A DNA stretch of 64,000 bases from an uncultured Acidobacteriota bacterium (GCA_963725575.1 CAVRZQ010000034.1:32949-96948), one strand, 5' to 3'; positions 29,491 to 40,859 are shown, numbered from the stretch's first letter. Numbers and translations: made by a program. Notes: a model not told the origin generated them from the letters alone.

Positions 29491-31992
29491 TTGTCCAAAG
29501 GTTTAGTCATCGTCGAGTCGCCCGCCAAGGCGAAAACCATTCAGAAATATCTGGGCAAGGGGTTCACCGTCGAGGCCTCCCTGGGCCACGTGAAGGACCT
29601 TCCCAAGAGCACGCTCGGCGTCGATACCGACAACGAATTCGATACCGAATACATCGTCATTCCCGGCAAAGAGAAGGTCCTCGCCAAGCTGAAAAAGCTG
29701 GCCGAGTCCGCCGACTACATCTTCCTCGCGCCTGACCCGGACCGCGAAGGCGAGGCCATTGCCTCGCATCTCGCCGACGAACTTGACACCAACGGCGCCA
29801 AAAAGAAGAAGAAGGCCAAAGAAAGAGAAAGCTAAAGATAAGAAGGATGGCGACGTGCCGCGCATCCAGCGCGTGACTTTTAACGAGATCACGCAGCGAG
29901 CGGTTCGCGAAGCGTTCGAGCATCCCCGCGAGATCGATCAGAACCTGGTCGACGCGCAACAGGCCCGGCGTGTGCTCGACCGCCTGGTGGGCTACCAGGT
30001 GTCGCCGCTGCTCTGGGACAAAGTCCGGCGTGGGCTTTCCGCGGGACGTGTCCAGACCGTCGCGCTCCGGCTGATCGTCGAGCGTGAGCGCGAGATCAAG
30101 GCCTTCGAGAAAAAGGAATACTGGACCATCGACGCGCATCTGGCCGCTGCCAAGCCGCCCGCGTTCGATGCCCGTTTCGTTGGCAAGGGTGAAGAGAAGA
30201 TTGAAGTTGGCAACGGTGAGGATGCCGAAAAAATCCGGGCCTTCGTCGAGCAAGCGGACTGGCTCGTCCGCTCGGTCGATCGCAAGGAACGCCGGCGCAA
30301 CGCCGCCCCGCCCTTCACCACCAGCAAGCTGCAGCAGGATTCCGCCCGCAAGCTGCGTTTCAGCGTGAAGCGCACCATGATGATCGCGCAGCGCCTGTAC
30401 GAAGGCGTAGAGTTGGGCGATGAGGGCCTGGTCGGCCTCATTACTTATATGCGTACGGATTCGACCCGCGTTTCCAACGAAGCGCTGGCCGAAGTCCGCG
30501 AAATGGTCGGGAAGGAATACGGCCCGCAGTACCTGCCCGAGCAGCCCAACACCTTCAAGTCGAAGAAGGGCGCGCAGGAAGCCCACGAAGCCGATTCGTC
30601 CCACCTCGGTGGCGCACACTCCCGACTCGGTCAAGCAGTACCTGAAAGAAGACGAATATCAAGGTTTACAAGCTGATCTGGCAGCGCTTCGTCGCGTCGC
30701 AGATCAATCCCGCCGTCTTCGATCAGACCACCGTCGACATCGACGCCAAGCAGGGAAATGACAGTTACTGGTTCCGCGTAACCGGTTCTATCTTGAAGTT
30801 CGACGGCTTCCTCAAGGTCTACGAGGAATCCAAGGAAGGCAAGGACGAAGAGGACGAGGAACTGAAGCACAAGCTGCCACCGCTCGAGCCCGGCCAGAAG
30901 CTGACCCTCAGAGAACTGAAGCCCGAGCAGCATTTCACCGAGCCGCCGCCGCGCTACAACGAAGCGTCGCTGGTGAAGGAACTGGAAGAACGCGGTATAG
31001 GCCGGCCCTCGACGTACGCAACGATTCTCACCACCATCCAGGAGCGCCAGTACGTCACCAAGCTGGGCGGCAAGTTCGCGCCCACGGAGATTGGCCTGGT
31101 CGTTACCGACCTGCTGGTCGAAAACTTCCGCGACATCTTCGACGTGGCCTACACGGCGCGGCTGGAAGAAGAATTGGACGAGGTCGAAGAGGGCAAGGAG
31201 AAGTGGACCGACGCGCTCGCTGAGTTCTATAAGAAATTCCAGAAGGACCTCAAATACGCTGAGAAGCACATGGAGAACATCAAGCGTATGGAGAAGCCCA
31301 CCGACGAGAAGTGTGAGCGCTGCGGCTCGCCGCTCGTCATCAAGTGGGGCAAGCACGGATCCTTCTACGCCTGCAGTTCTTACGACAAGGAAAATCCGGA
31401 AAGCTGCACTTTCACCAAGGAAAACCCCATTAACCTGCCCGACCTCGATTCGGCCGACATGCAGGAAACGCCGCAGGAAGAATACTGCGAGAATTGCGGC
31501 CGGGTGATGGTGCTGAAGCGCGGCCGCTTCGGCCAGTTCATGGCCTGCACGGGCTATCCGGATTGCAAGACGACGCGCCGTCTCGATCAGGGCAAGCGCG
31601 TGCCCGATATTCCGCTCGACGAGCCTTGCCCGAAGTGCGGCCGCAACCTGATGATCCGCCACGGACGCTATGGTGAATTCACAGCCTGCTCCGGCTACCC
31701 GGAATGCAAGTTCGTGAAACAGAATTTCATTGGAATGAAGTGTCCGCTCTGCAAGGACGGGGATCTGGTCGAGAAGAAAGCCCGCAAGGGAAACACCTTC
31801 TACGGGTGCTCGAATTACCCGAAATGCAAATTCACCGCCGCCAATAAGCCGCTCGACGAAAAGTGCCCGAGCTGCGGCCATGAGTTTCTGGTCGAGAAGA
31901 ATCTGAAAGCCGGCCCCGTGATTGCCTGCCCGAACAAGGAGTGCGATTACGAGCGGCCTGCACCCGTGGAAGTCGCGGGAGCCGCCGGCTAG
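29491..31992 (+). CDS. topA: DNA topoisomerase I with C-terminal zinc-ribbon repeats; three frameshifts
   Basis: LVIVESPAKAKTIQKYLG (Toprim), DPDREGEAI, RVLDRLVGYQVSPLLW, GLITYMRTDS (catalytic Tyr), EPPPRYNEASLVKELE, four CxxC..CxxC fingers. Switches near 29810 (A-rich run), 30592 and 30659. Confidence 0.9.
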
Positions 31993-32000
31993 AAGTTAGT

Positions 32001-32077
32001 GTAGGGACGGGCGTCCTCGCCCACCCCCATCCGTCGCACGCGATCATTTCTTCCGACCCCGGGCGGGGACGCCCGCC
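32001..32077. repeat. GC-rich palindromic repeat cluster downstream of topA
   Basis: GTAGGGACGGGCGTCCTCGCCC (hairpin GGGCG/CGCCC) and GGCGGGgacgCCCGCC. The GTAGGGAC start recurs at 57349. Confidence 0.5.
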
Positions 32078-32168
32078 TCTCCTCCTTCACTAACCTTTTG
32101 CCGCTTCCGGCCATCGGCACTCATCTAAGGCTCCAGCCGTTCAATCCAACATTCTCGGAGGTTTCTCC

Positions 32169-32630
32169 ATGGCGCAAGCCACCCACGCCGACGCTGAACT
32201 CATCCTGAAACTCTACGATACCCGCCGCGAGTCCGAGATTCGCAAAGCCCGCCAATGGTGGACCACCACCTTCTGGCCCGAGAGCACCGACGACGTCCTC
32301 AAAGTCATGCGCGCTGCCGGTACCCCGGAAAACGCCTGGCTGCGCCAGGTGCTTGGCTACTGGAGCATGGCGAGTTCGTTTGTCAGTCACGGCGTGCTCA
32401 ACGAGGATCTCTTCCTGGAACCCAGCTTCAGCGGCGAAATGTTTTTCATCTATGCGAAGGTTGAGCCCTTCCTCAAAGAATTGCGCGAGAAAACGCAGAA
32501 CCCGCTTCTTCTGGCCAATCTGGAGAAGCTCATTCACACGGAAAAGGGCCAGGAGCGCTACAAGGTGATCTCACGGAACGTGGAGAACATGCGCAAAGCC
32601 CGGACCGAGAACACGGCGAAAGCCAGCTAA
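32169..32630 (+). CDS. Conserved hypothetical protein (153 aa)
   Basis: GGAGG SD precedes the ATG. The helical product ..LILKLYDTRRESEIRKARQWW.. looks protein-like. No family name that I can support. Confidence 0.6.
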   Translation: MAQATHADAELILKLYDTRRESEIRKARQWWTTTFWPESTDDVLKVMRAAGTPENAWLRQVLGYWSMASSFVSHGVLNEDLFLEPSFSGEMFFIYAKVEPFLKELREKTQNPLLLANLEKLIHTEKGQERYKVISRNVENMRKARTENTAKAS

Positions 32631-32662
32631 CAGGGTCGTTGATCCGGCGGAGGTTACTGCTT

Positions 32663-33211
32663 TCATCCAAGCAGGCCAGCTTCGTTCCGCCGGATCACAT
32701 CTTCTTCCACCGAAAATATCTTGTTCGGCTGCCGGTCAAAACAGGCACCCAGTTCGTAAGCCTGCCGCTCCAGCGGAATCCCCTCGTAACCGCCTCCCTC
32801 CAGAAACCCTCGCACGTACAGTTCCGCAAAACGCCTCAGACCAAGGACGCGATACTGAACGACGTGCACCAGTTCATGAAACAGCGTGCCGCGATCGAGT
32901 CCCCCGGGATGCGCGACAACATCCACCAGCGTGATCGCTCCAAGGGACGACATTTCCAACAAGCCTTGGATGCCCAGAATCTTCACGAGCGGATACAAAA
33001 TTGGTTCCGGCATGACAGCCCGGATGATCCGGGTCTCTGCGAGCACTGTGTCGGGGAAGAAGCCGCGCAGTTTGGCCTGCGTGTCACCGTGAATCGTCGC
33101 GGAGCCGGGCACCAGCCGCCGCCGGTGGTAAGCAATGTAGCGCGCCGTCAGCCACGAGATCAGGGGAACGAGCGGCCTGATGAGCCGCGGAATCGGCGCC
33201 CCGGATCGCAT
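32663..33211 (-). CDS. HExxH metallopeptidase-like protein (DUF4157-like motif), possibly membrane-anchored
   Basis: ..AITLVDVVAHPGG..LFHELVHVVQYRVLG.. Its ATG directly follows the mlaF stop (TAGATG), so it is the third gene of the mlaE-mlaF unit. Confidence 0.5.
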   Translation of the reverse strand: MRSGAPIPRLIRPLVPLISWLTARYIAYHRRRLVPGSATIHGDTQAKLRGFFPDTVLAETRIIRAVMPEPILYPLVKILGIQGLLEMSSLGAITLVDVVAHPGGLDRGTLFHELVHVVQYRVLGLRRFAELYVRGFLEGGGYEGIPLERQAYELGACFDRQPNKIFSVEEDVIRRNEAGLLG

Positions 33212-34060
33212 CTAAGAGATGTATTCCCGGATGTAGTCGTCCTTGGTCTTGACCAGGTCGTGCACGTCCCCGTCGAAGATGACCTTGCCCTCCCGCAAAA
33301 TCAGAAAGGCCAGCGGAACCTCCACTCGGCCGCCCGGTGGAACCGGCTGCATGTGGTTTGTTTTAGCATCGAAGCAGTGAGTTGCCATCGTGAAGGCGTC
33401 CTGCAGGCGATGAGTCACGAGCAGGGAACTGGTCTTGTAGACATCGCGCTGCTTCACGATCAGTTCGATGATGGTGGTCGAGGTGACCGGATCAAGGCCG
33501 CCCGTGGGCGAATCGTACAACAGCACCTCGGGCTGCGTGATGATCGCCCGGGCAATCGCCACCCGGCGCCGCATGCCGCCCGAGAGTTCCGCCGGGAACA
33601 TGTCCAGGGTATGTTCCAGTTCGACAAAGCGCAGCGCTTCGCGCACCCGCCTTTCAATTTCCTCGCTCGATACCTCGCCCTCTTCCATCAACCGGAAGGC
33701 CACGTTGTCCCGGACTGTCAAAGAGTCGAACAGCGCGCTCTCCTGGAACACGATGCCCACCTTGCGCCGCAGCTCGAACAGTTGCTCCTCCCGCATTTGC
33801 GTGACATCTTCGCCCAGCGTGTAGATGCGCCCGCTGTCCGGCTTCAGCAGTCCCAGCGCCATCTTCAGGATGGTGCTCTTGCCCGAACCCGCGACCCCGA
33901 GCAGCGCTTTGGTCTCGCCGCGCGGCAGACGAAACGAGATGCCGTCGAGCACGATCTTGTCCTCGAAGGCGATGGAGACATTCTCGAACACGATCGCCGC
34001 GCCAGCCGGATTCTCGGCGGTCGCAACGGGAGCCTCAACGGGCAGGGAAGGAGTCGCCAT
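33212..34060 (-). CDS. mlaF: ABC transporter ATP-binding protein, MlaF-type
   Basis: Walker A GVAGSGKST, signature LSGGMRRRVAIARA, Walker B LLYDSPTGGLD. Intact. Confidence 0.85.
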   Translation of the reverse strand: MATPSLPVEAPVATAENPAGAAIVFENVSIAFEDKIVLDGISFRLPRGETKALLGVAGSGKSTILKMALGLLKPDSGRIYTLGEDVTQMREEQLFELRRKVGIVFQESALFDSLTVRDNVAFRLMEEGEVSSEEIERRVREALRFVELEHTLDMFPAELSGGMRRRVAIARAIITQPEVLLYDSPTGGLDPVTSTTIIELIVKQRDVYKTSSLLVTHRLQDAFTMATHCFDAKTNHMQPVPPGGRVEVPLAFLILREGKVIFDGDVHDLVKTKDDYIREYIS

Positions 34061-34062
34061 GC

Positions 34063-34868
34063 TCAGGATCCGAGAAGCACCATCAACAGCCGTGTGACGA
34101 AGACGTCGACCACGATGATCAGGATCATCGCCGCCACCACGGCCTCGGTCGTCGAACGCCCGACTCCCTGGGTGCCGCCCTTGGTGGAGAGGCCGTAGTA
34201 GCAGCCGACGGTCGCGATGATGAAGCCGAACACCAGCGGCTTCATCAGCCCCATGAAGACGTCAGAGAATACCAGGGTCTGCCAGGCGTTGCTCCAGTAC
34301 TCGTGCGCATCCAGGCCGAGCAACAGGCCAGCCACGAAGCTGCCGCCCAGCAGGCCCATGAAGTCGCCCAGGATGGTCAGGAAAAAAAGCATAACGACCG
34401 TGGCTCCCACCCGTGGCGTCACCAGCTTTTTCATTGGATCGGTGCCGAGCGCGCGCATGGCGTCGATCTGCTCGGTCACGATCATGGACCCCAGTTCGCT
34501 GGCCATGCCCGAGGAATTGCGCCCCGCGACCACCAGACCGGTTAGCACCGGCCCCAGTTCTCGAACGATGCCGATCGACACCAGTTGGCCGATCACGGTC
34601 GTAGCCCCAAAGCGGCTCAGGGTGGTGGCGCTGTTGAGGGCCAGTGCCGCGCCCGTAAAAAACACCGAGGCCAGCACAATCTGCAGCGACCCGAACCCGA
34701 TCAGGTCCATTTGCTGGATCATGTCGGCCCAGTACCGCGGCTGGCGGAAGAGGTTGGCTACCGACTGGGCAGCCAGGAGGGAGTAGTCCTGCAGGGACTG
34801 AATTTTCTTCTTGGCGAATTCCGTGGGTGAGATCAGTTCGAACCGCTCAGGAAATCTCCGGCTGCCAT
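34063..34868 (-). CDS. mlaE: ABC transporter permease, MlaE-type; probable N-terminal frameshift
   Basis: ..QMDLIGFGSLQIV..VRELGPVLTGLVVAGRNSSGMASELGSM.VTEQIDAMR.. The in-frame region is open upstream to about 34850 with no start codon. An SD+ATG (ggagcgaggaATG) at 34868 is in another frame, implying an indel near 34840. Confidence 0.75.
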
Positions 34869-34909
34869 TCCTCGCTCCGTCGGACCTTAGACGGAACTAT
34901 AACAGGACC

Positions 34910-34950
34910 CGCGAGCCGCGAGCTATGAGCTTCGAGCTTCGCGCGCTAGC
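34910..34950. repeat. Tandem heptad array NNNGAGC x4-5
   Basis: cgcgagc cgcgagc tatgagc ttcgagc ttcgcgc gctagc. Same 7-nt periodicity as the TTAGC arrays but a different core. Confidence 0.5.
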
Positions 34951-35033
34951 CGCTGGTCCCCGTCGCCCGCCTGGCGCAAGCGGGTGAGCCCAAGAACCAG
35001 AAGTAGGGATCCCGACACCTGCGACCTGCTCCC

Positions 35034-36433
35034 CTACTCTCTGCCCTTCTTCTTGATCTCAATACTCAGCCGCTTGATTTTCTGATTCAGCGTCGAAAGC
35101 GGCACTTGGAAACGCTCTGCCGCTTCGGTCTGGTTCCAGTTGCATTTCTCCAGCATGTCCATGATGATGCGCCGCTCGCAGTCTTCCAGGATGTCGAACA
35201 AGGACGCATCCGGCCGATGCTCCATGACCGGGAAGGTCGGACCGCGCCCGACCATCTGGTCCGGCAGAAGATCGGTCCCGATATCCGTGCCGGACGACAG
35301 CACGACGGCGCGCTCGATTACATTCTCCAGTTCGCGTACGTTGCCCGGCCAGGAGTACCCAACCAATGGTCGCAACGCCTCGGGCGTGATGCGGCGAGCT
35401 TCCCGTTCGTTCTCGTCAGAATATTTCTGCAGGAAGTGCTCCACCAGCAGCGGGATGTCTTCGTGGCGCTGGCGCAGCGGAGGCAGATCGATGGTGATGA
35501 CGTTAAGCCGGTAGAACAGGTCTTCGCGGAAGTGTCCTTCGCGCACCTGCTGCCGCAGATCTACGTTGGTGGCGGCGATGATGCGCACATCCACCTGCAT
35601 CTCCTGAATGCCACCCAGGTGCATGAACTTGCGGTCCTGCAGCACGCGCAGGATCTTGCTCTGCGTGTCCAGGCTCATGGTGCCGATTTCATCGAGGAAC
35701 AGCGTGCCTCGGTCGGCGACCTCGAACAGCCCTTTCTTGGACGCAATCGCGCTGGTGAAGGCGCCCTTGACATGGCCGAAGAGCGTGGACTCGAGCAGGT
35801 CCGGCGGCATCGACCCGGTGTTCACCGGCACGAAAGGCCGCTCGCGCCGTTGCGAGTTCAGATGAATCGCCTTGGCGATCAGTTCCTTGCCGGTGCCGCT
35901 TTCTCCTTGCAGAAGCACGGTGGAGCGGCTGGGCGCGACCTGCGCCACCAGGTCAAAAATCTTCAGCATCGGCTCGCTCTTGCCGACGATGTTTTCGAAG
36001 TTGTAGCGCTGCTTCAGGGCGCGCTTCAGCTGGATATTTTCTTCTTCGGCCCGGTGGCGGGCGACGGCCGCGCGCACGTCGGCCAGCAGTTTTTCGTTGT
36101 CCCAGGGTTTCTGGACGAAATTCGACGCGCCCGACTGCATCGCCTGCACGGCATTCTCGACCGTGCCGTAGGCGGTGATCATGATCACGGACAGTCCCGG
36201 GTCCTGCATGCGAATCTCGGCCAGCACGTCCATGCCATTCTTGTCGGGCAGCGCGAGGTCGAGCAGGACCACGTCGAAGGTGCGCTCGCCGATGCGGTTC
36301 AGCCCTTGCGCCCGGTCGCGGCCGTCTCGACGTCGTAGCCTTCCAGTTCCAGCAAGGTTTCCAGCGACTCCCGAATCTCGGCTTCGTCGTCGATGATGAG
36401 CACGGACCCAGCCATCGGCAGTGTGTCCGGCAT
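35034..36433 (-). CDS. Sigma-54-dependent response regulator (NtrC family); one frameshift in the receiver domain
   Basis: MPDTLPMAGSVLIIDDEAEIRESL.., then after a switch near 36315 ..VLLDLALPDKNG.., AAA+ GESGTGKE, GAFTSA, C-terminal HTH. Confidence 0.85.
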
Positions 36434-36488
36434 CGTTCAATTTGCTGCGCGAGATGACCGCAGCTTCAGACATGGACCGCCTTCCTGC

Positions 36489-39280
36489 TCAGCGGAAAGT
36501 CCAGGTGAACGTCGTTCCTTCGCCCGGACGGCTTTCCACGCGAATCTTGCCGGCATGCTCCTGGATGATGCCGTAGGTGACCGACAGGCCCAGCCCGGTG
36601 CCGCGATTCTGGCTTGCGTCAGGCGCCGTTTTGGTCGTAAAGAACGGATCGTAAATGCGGGGAATGTGCTCCTGCGCGATGCCGCTGCCGGTGTCGGTCA
36701 CGCTCACCGTGACCCCGTTTCCATTGGCGTGGCCACGCGCAGGGTTCCCCCCGCATGCATCGCATCTTTCGCGTTCAGGAACAGGTTCAGGAAGACCTGC
36801 TGCAGGCGCCCGGCGTTGCCCTGAATGCGCGGCAAGTGTGAGGCCAGGTCGCTTTCGACGCCGATGCGCCACTTGAACTGGTGCTCCAGCAGCGCCAGCG
36901 TGTCGGTGACGATCCTGTTCAGGTTGACTTCGGCGAACTCGGTCCCGCTGGTGCGCGAGAAATTCAGCAGGTTGTTGACGATTTCCGACGCCCGGAACGT
37001 CTGCTTCGTGATCTTCTCCAGCAGCGCCGCCTTTTGCGGATCCGACTGCAGTTGCTTGGCCAGCATCTGCGTGTAGGACGAGATCACCGCCAGCGGCGTG
37101 TTGACTTCGTGGGCCACGCCCGCGGCCAGCAGTCCGATGGAAGAAAGCTTGTCGGCTTGCGAAAGCTGCGCTTCGAGTTCCATGCGCTCGGTGATGTCGT
37201 CCATGATGACCAGCCGCCCGATCACGTTGAACTTGCTGGTCACCAGCGGCGCAATCGCGACATTGACGGTGCGCACTTCGCCCGTCGGCGTTCCCAGCCG
37301 GAACTTGTACAGATTGTGGATTCCGGGATTCTGCCGCACGCGGTAGAACTCTTCGACGAACGCCGCCGGGAAGACTTCGCTCAACGGACGGGTCAGCGCC
37401 TGCCAGCGCGGCAGGGCGTACATCACTTCCATCTGCGAGTTCCAGGACTCGATCCGGTCCTGCAGATCGACCGCCAGCACGCCGACGTTGATGGACTCGA
37501 CGATGTTCTCGTTGAAGTCCTTGAGGCGCTCGTACTCGCTGACCTTCTGCTCCAGCGACGCGTACAGCCGTCCGTTCTGGATGGCGATGCCGATATAGCC
37601 GGCCAGCGTTTCCAGCAACTCGACGTCTTCGCTGGACAGGAAGTCGCCTTCCATCGTCTTGCCCAGTCCGAGGAAGGCAATCGTCTTCTGCTGCGCGTGG
37701 CAGGGAATGTAGTAGTTCAGATCCAGCCGCGCAATGCTTCCTGCGCGCCGGATTTTCGCGCGGCACCTGGTGCGTGTTCTCGAAGAAGATGTGCCCGGCT
37801 TCCAATTCGGGCCGTTGCGCGCTCAGGAACGAAAGATCAAGCCCGTGGTCTGCGCCATCCCGAATGACTTCGCCAGTTCGAAATGGTGCGCGTATTCGCC
37901 GGTCGCCAGGAAGATGGCCATGCGATCCACCAGCAGCGTGCGCGACAGGCGGTCGACCACCGACGTCAGCATCTTGTCGAGATCGGTTTCGGAACTCATC
38001 TCGCGGCCGAATTCGATCAGCGTGCGGCGGTAGTCGTAGCGCGTGCGATAGAAGAACTGGTCGAGGCTGTCCTGAATCCACTTGCGCACCGGATCGAACA
38101 GCAGCGCCGTGACCACGATGGCCACGATCAAGCCGTAGGGTCCGGAACTGGGGATGCGCGTGTGCACCAGTTTCGCGATGCCAGCCACCCCCGCGAAGTA
38201 AGCATGACCATCGCTGCCGCCGCCAGCGTGTACGCCATGCCGCGCTTGAAGATCAGGTCCACATCCATCAGGCGATAGCGGAAGATGGCGTAGCCGAAGG
38301 TCAGCGGCAGCAGTCCCAGCGACAGCACCGACACCTTCATGCCCAGCGAAGGCATCGAGCCGAACAGGTAGGGCAGAACGTAGAACAGCGTGAACGGCGT
38401 GATGGCAAGAATCGTGCCGCGCGTAATCCACTTCAACTGCTGGCGCAGGATGGGAGTGCTCGCCCGCTGGTAGCTGTCCACCAGCACCGCCGCCGCCGCC
38501 ACGAACAACCAGGTCGACCACCAGTGCAGCCGGTCCAGGTTCCAGCGCCGCAATTCGCTGGCCTGCAAGAATCGGAGCGCCAGAAGCTGAATTCCCAGCA
38601 ACGCCAGCCCCGGCAGGTACAACAGCGGGATCGCCCAGCGATGTTGCTGACGAAGTAGCGCCGCTCCGGAAACGTCAGCACGAAGTGCAGGAACAGCGCC
38701 GGCTGCAGCAGCCAGGCCACCTCGTTCCACCAGTAGATGCTCCAGTCGAATTGATTGAACTTGCCGGTGTAGTGGAACGCGTAGAAGACGAACGAGATCA
38801 GGCAGAAAATGTAGAAGTGCGTCGAACCGACCGCCGTCCAGCGCCGCAGCAGCACGTAAAGCCCGATGCCCAGGTAGATCAGCGCGATCAGCCGCAGCCA
38901 GTCGTTCAGCGACCGTGTCCGCCGGGACCAGCATGACAACCGAGTCCACCGGCACCGAGTGCCGGACGACAGCGTAGTTCGCCTTCGACCACACCCCCGA
39001 TAGCATACAGCTGCCGCTCCAGGCCAGGCGTGTTCTTTACCTCGCGGCCATTGACGGTCACGAGTTCGTCGCCCTGCCGGATCCCGGCCTTGTCCGCCGG
39101 ACCGTCCGGTTCCACGCGATCGGCGACGAGATGTCCACCGCGCTCCACCCACCACGCGCCGTCGTAGGGAATCTGGAATTCGTGCTCTTTTTGAAAGTTG
39201 ATCCAGGCAAAAACACACGCGGCCACGGTCAGCAGGAACAGAAACCCTGCCGTAAAGCGAATTTGAAAGTCCTTGTTCAT
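36489..39280 (-). pseudogene. Sensor histidine kinase (PDZ - multi-TM - GAF - PAS - HisKA - HATPase); about 7 frame breaks
   Basis: MNKDFQIRFTAGFLFLL.., PDZ GPADKAGIRQGDELVTVNG, about 7 TM helices, GAF, PAS, H-box [15 protein letters not shown] boxes ..LFLNAKDAM.. [14 protein letters not shown]. Switches near 39000, 38915, 38660, 38205, 37860, 37750 and 36735. Confidence 0.8.
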
Positions 39281-39568
39281 GGACCCGTGGGGGGACACTG
39301 CGGCGTCCGACCGCGTTGGCCCCTTACTTCCCCGAGAAGACATTAGCAACTGCGCTGCCATGATCTAGAACTTCCACAGGCTGCTAACTCGCTTACTACA
39401 ATCGACTTCCATCATTATAGGGGCTCGCCCGTACTGTGAATACGGGTTTTGGAAGGTTTCTCTGTGATTCCGTATCCCCCTGCCAGATTTAGTATTTAGC
39501 TGGCAAAGCGCGAGACGGGTACAGGAATTCGCCCGTCCACAGCCCACTCGGGTAAAATCCTGTTTTCC

Positions 39569-40777
39569 ATGACAAACTTCGAACAGATTGCCGATCTTGA
39601 ACGCCGCTACCTTCTCCAGACTTACAACCGTTATCCGATCGCCTTCGAGCGGGGCAAAGGTGTTTTCCTCTACGACGTCGATGGCAAAAAGTACCTTGAT
39701 TTTGTCTCCGGCCTGGGGGTGAATGCGCTGGGTCATGCCCACCCCAGAATCGTGAAGACGATTCGCGAGCAGTCCGCCCGCCTGGTGCATGTTTCGAACC
39801 TTTACTACCACGAATACCAGGGACGACTGGCCGAGAAACTGGCCACGCTGTCGGGTCTGGACCGTGTGTTTTTTTCCAACAGCGGAACGGAGGCAATCGA
39901 GGGCTCCATCAAGCTTGCTCGTCTCGCCAGCCACCGCGTCGGGGGCCAGGAGAAGAGCCGCCTCATCGGACTGGAAGGTTCCTACCACGGGCGCACATTC
40001 GGGGCGATGTCGCTGACCGGTCAGGACAAGTACCGCAAAGGTTTCGAGCCGCTGCTCGAGGAGGTCACCTTCGTTCCGCGCAACAATCTCGAAGCGTTGC
40101 GCGCCGCGGTCAATGACCAGACCTGCGCCATTGTGCTCGAGCCCATCTTCGGCGAGGGCGGAATATTGGAGTGCTCGGTCGAGTTCCTGCAGGAATGTCG
40201 CGCCTTGGCGGACCGCCACCAGGTCGCGCTCATTTTCGACGAAATCCAGTGTGGCCTGGGCAGGACCGGCACCCTGTTTGCCTTCCAGACTTTGGGCGTG
40301 AAGCCCGACATCGTGGCCATCGCCAAGCCGATTGCGGCCGGACTGCCGCTCGGGGCATTTCTGGCGCGCGAAGAATTCGCCTCCGCGATTTCCGCCGGAC
40401 AACATGGCACCACCTTCGGCGGCGGACCGCTCGCCTGCCGCGTCGCGCTCGAGTATCTGGCGATCGTCGAGGAAGAGAATCTGCTGGGCAATGTGGCCAA
40501 GGTGGGCGCCTACCTGCAACACGAATTGCAACAGCTGGTAGACAACTATGCCGCCGCGAAGGAGGTGCGCGGCCGCGGATTCATACAAGGCATCGACCTC
40601 GACATTCCCAGCCGGCCCATCGTCGAGCAGGGACTGGCCCAGGGCGTTCTCTTCAACAGCACCCAGGACACGGTCGTGCGCTTTCTCCCGCCGTTCCTCT
40701 TGCAGGAGCAGCATGTGGACAAAGGGATCCGCGTTCTTCGCAAGTTTCTCGGCAGAAAACGCCGGCGGGCTGCTTAA
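39569..40777 (+). CDS. argD: Acetylornithine aminotransferase
   Basis: Class-III PLP aminotransferase: GLGVNALGHAHP, FFSNSGTEAIE, IFDEIQCGLGRTG, AKPIAAGLPLGA. Intact, 402 aa. Confidence 0.9.
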   Translation: MTNFEQIADLERRYLLQTYNRYPIAFERGKGVFLYDVDGKKYLDFVSGLGVNALGHAHPRIVKTIREQSARLVHVSNLYYHEYQGRLAEKLATLSGLDRVFFSNSGTEAIEGSIKLARLASHRVGGQEKSRLIGLEGSYHGRTFGAMSLTGQDKYRKGFEPLLEEVTFVPRNNLEALRAAVNDQTCAIVLEPIFGEGGILECSVEFLQECRALADRHQVALIFDEIQCGLGRTGTLFAFQTLGVKPDIVAIAKPIAAGLPLGAFLAREEFASAISAGQHGTTFGGGPLACRVALEYLAIVEEENLLGNVAKVGAYLQHELQQLVDNYAAAKEVRGRGFIQGIDLDIPSRPIVEQGLAQGVLFNSTQDTVVRFLPPFLLQEQHVDKGIRVLRKFLGRKRRRAA

Positions 40778-40782
40778 GAAAC

Positions 40783-40800
40783 GGGGGGCCGAAGCCCCCC
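40783..40800 (+). terminator. Stem-loop terminator candidate after argD
   Basis: GGGGGGC-cgaa-GCCCCCC lies 6 nt after the TAA and is followed by AATATTC. The U-tract is poor. Confidence 0.5.
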
Positions 40801-40859
40801 AATATTCAGAAGCGACAGAGGCGATATCACTTACATAGACTCCGGCGTGCTCCAAAAAG

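Noticed and set aside
29657-31881. 325-aa and 416-aa ORFs antisense to topA
   Set aside because: Shadow ORFs opposite unmistakable topoisomerase I motifs.
32639-34198. 519-aa ORF antisense to the HExxH gene, mlaF and mlaE
   Set aside because: It spans three well-supported minus-strand genes and its composition is Arg/Pro/Gln-rich.
35106-36338. 410-aa ORF antisense to the NtrC-type regulator
   Set aside because: Shadow ORF. The minus strand has Walker A, GAFTGA-like and HTH motifs.
39281-39568. Possible ArgR box (TGAAT half-site in CCCGTACTGTGAATACGGG) upstream of argD
   Set aside because: There is only one weak half-site embedded in a hairpin. This is not enough to call an operator.
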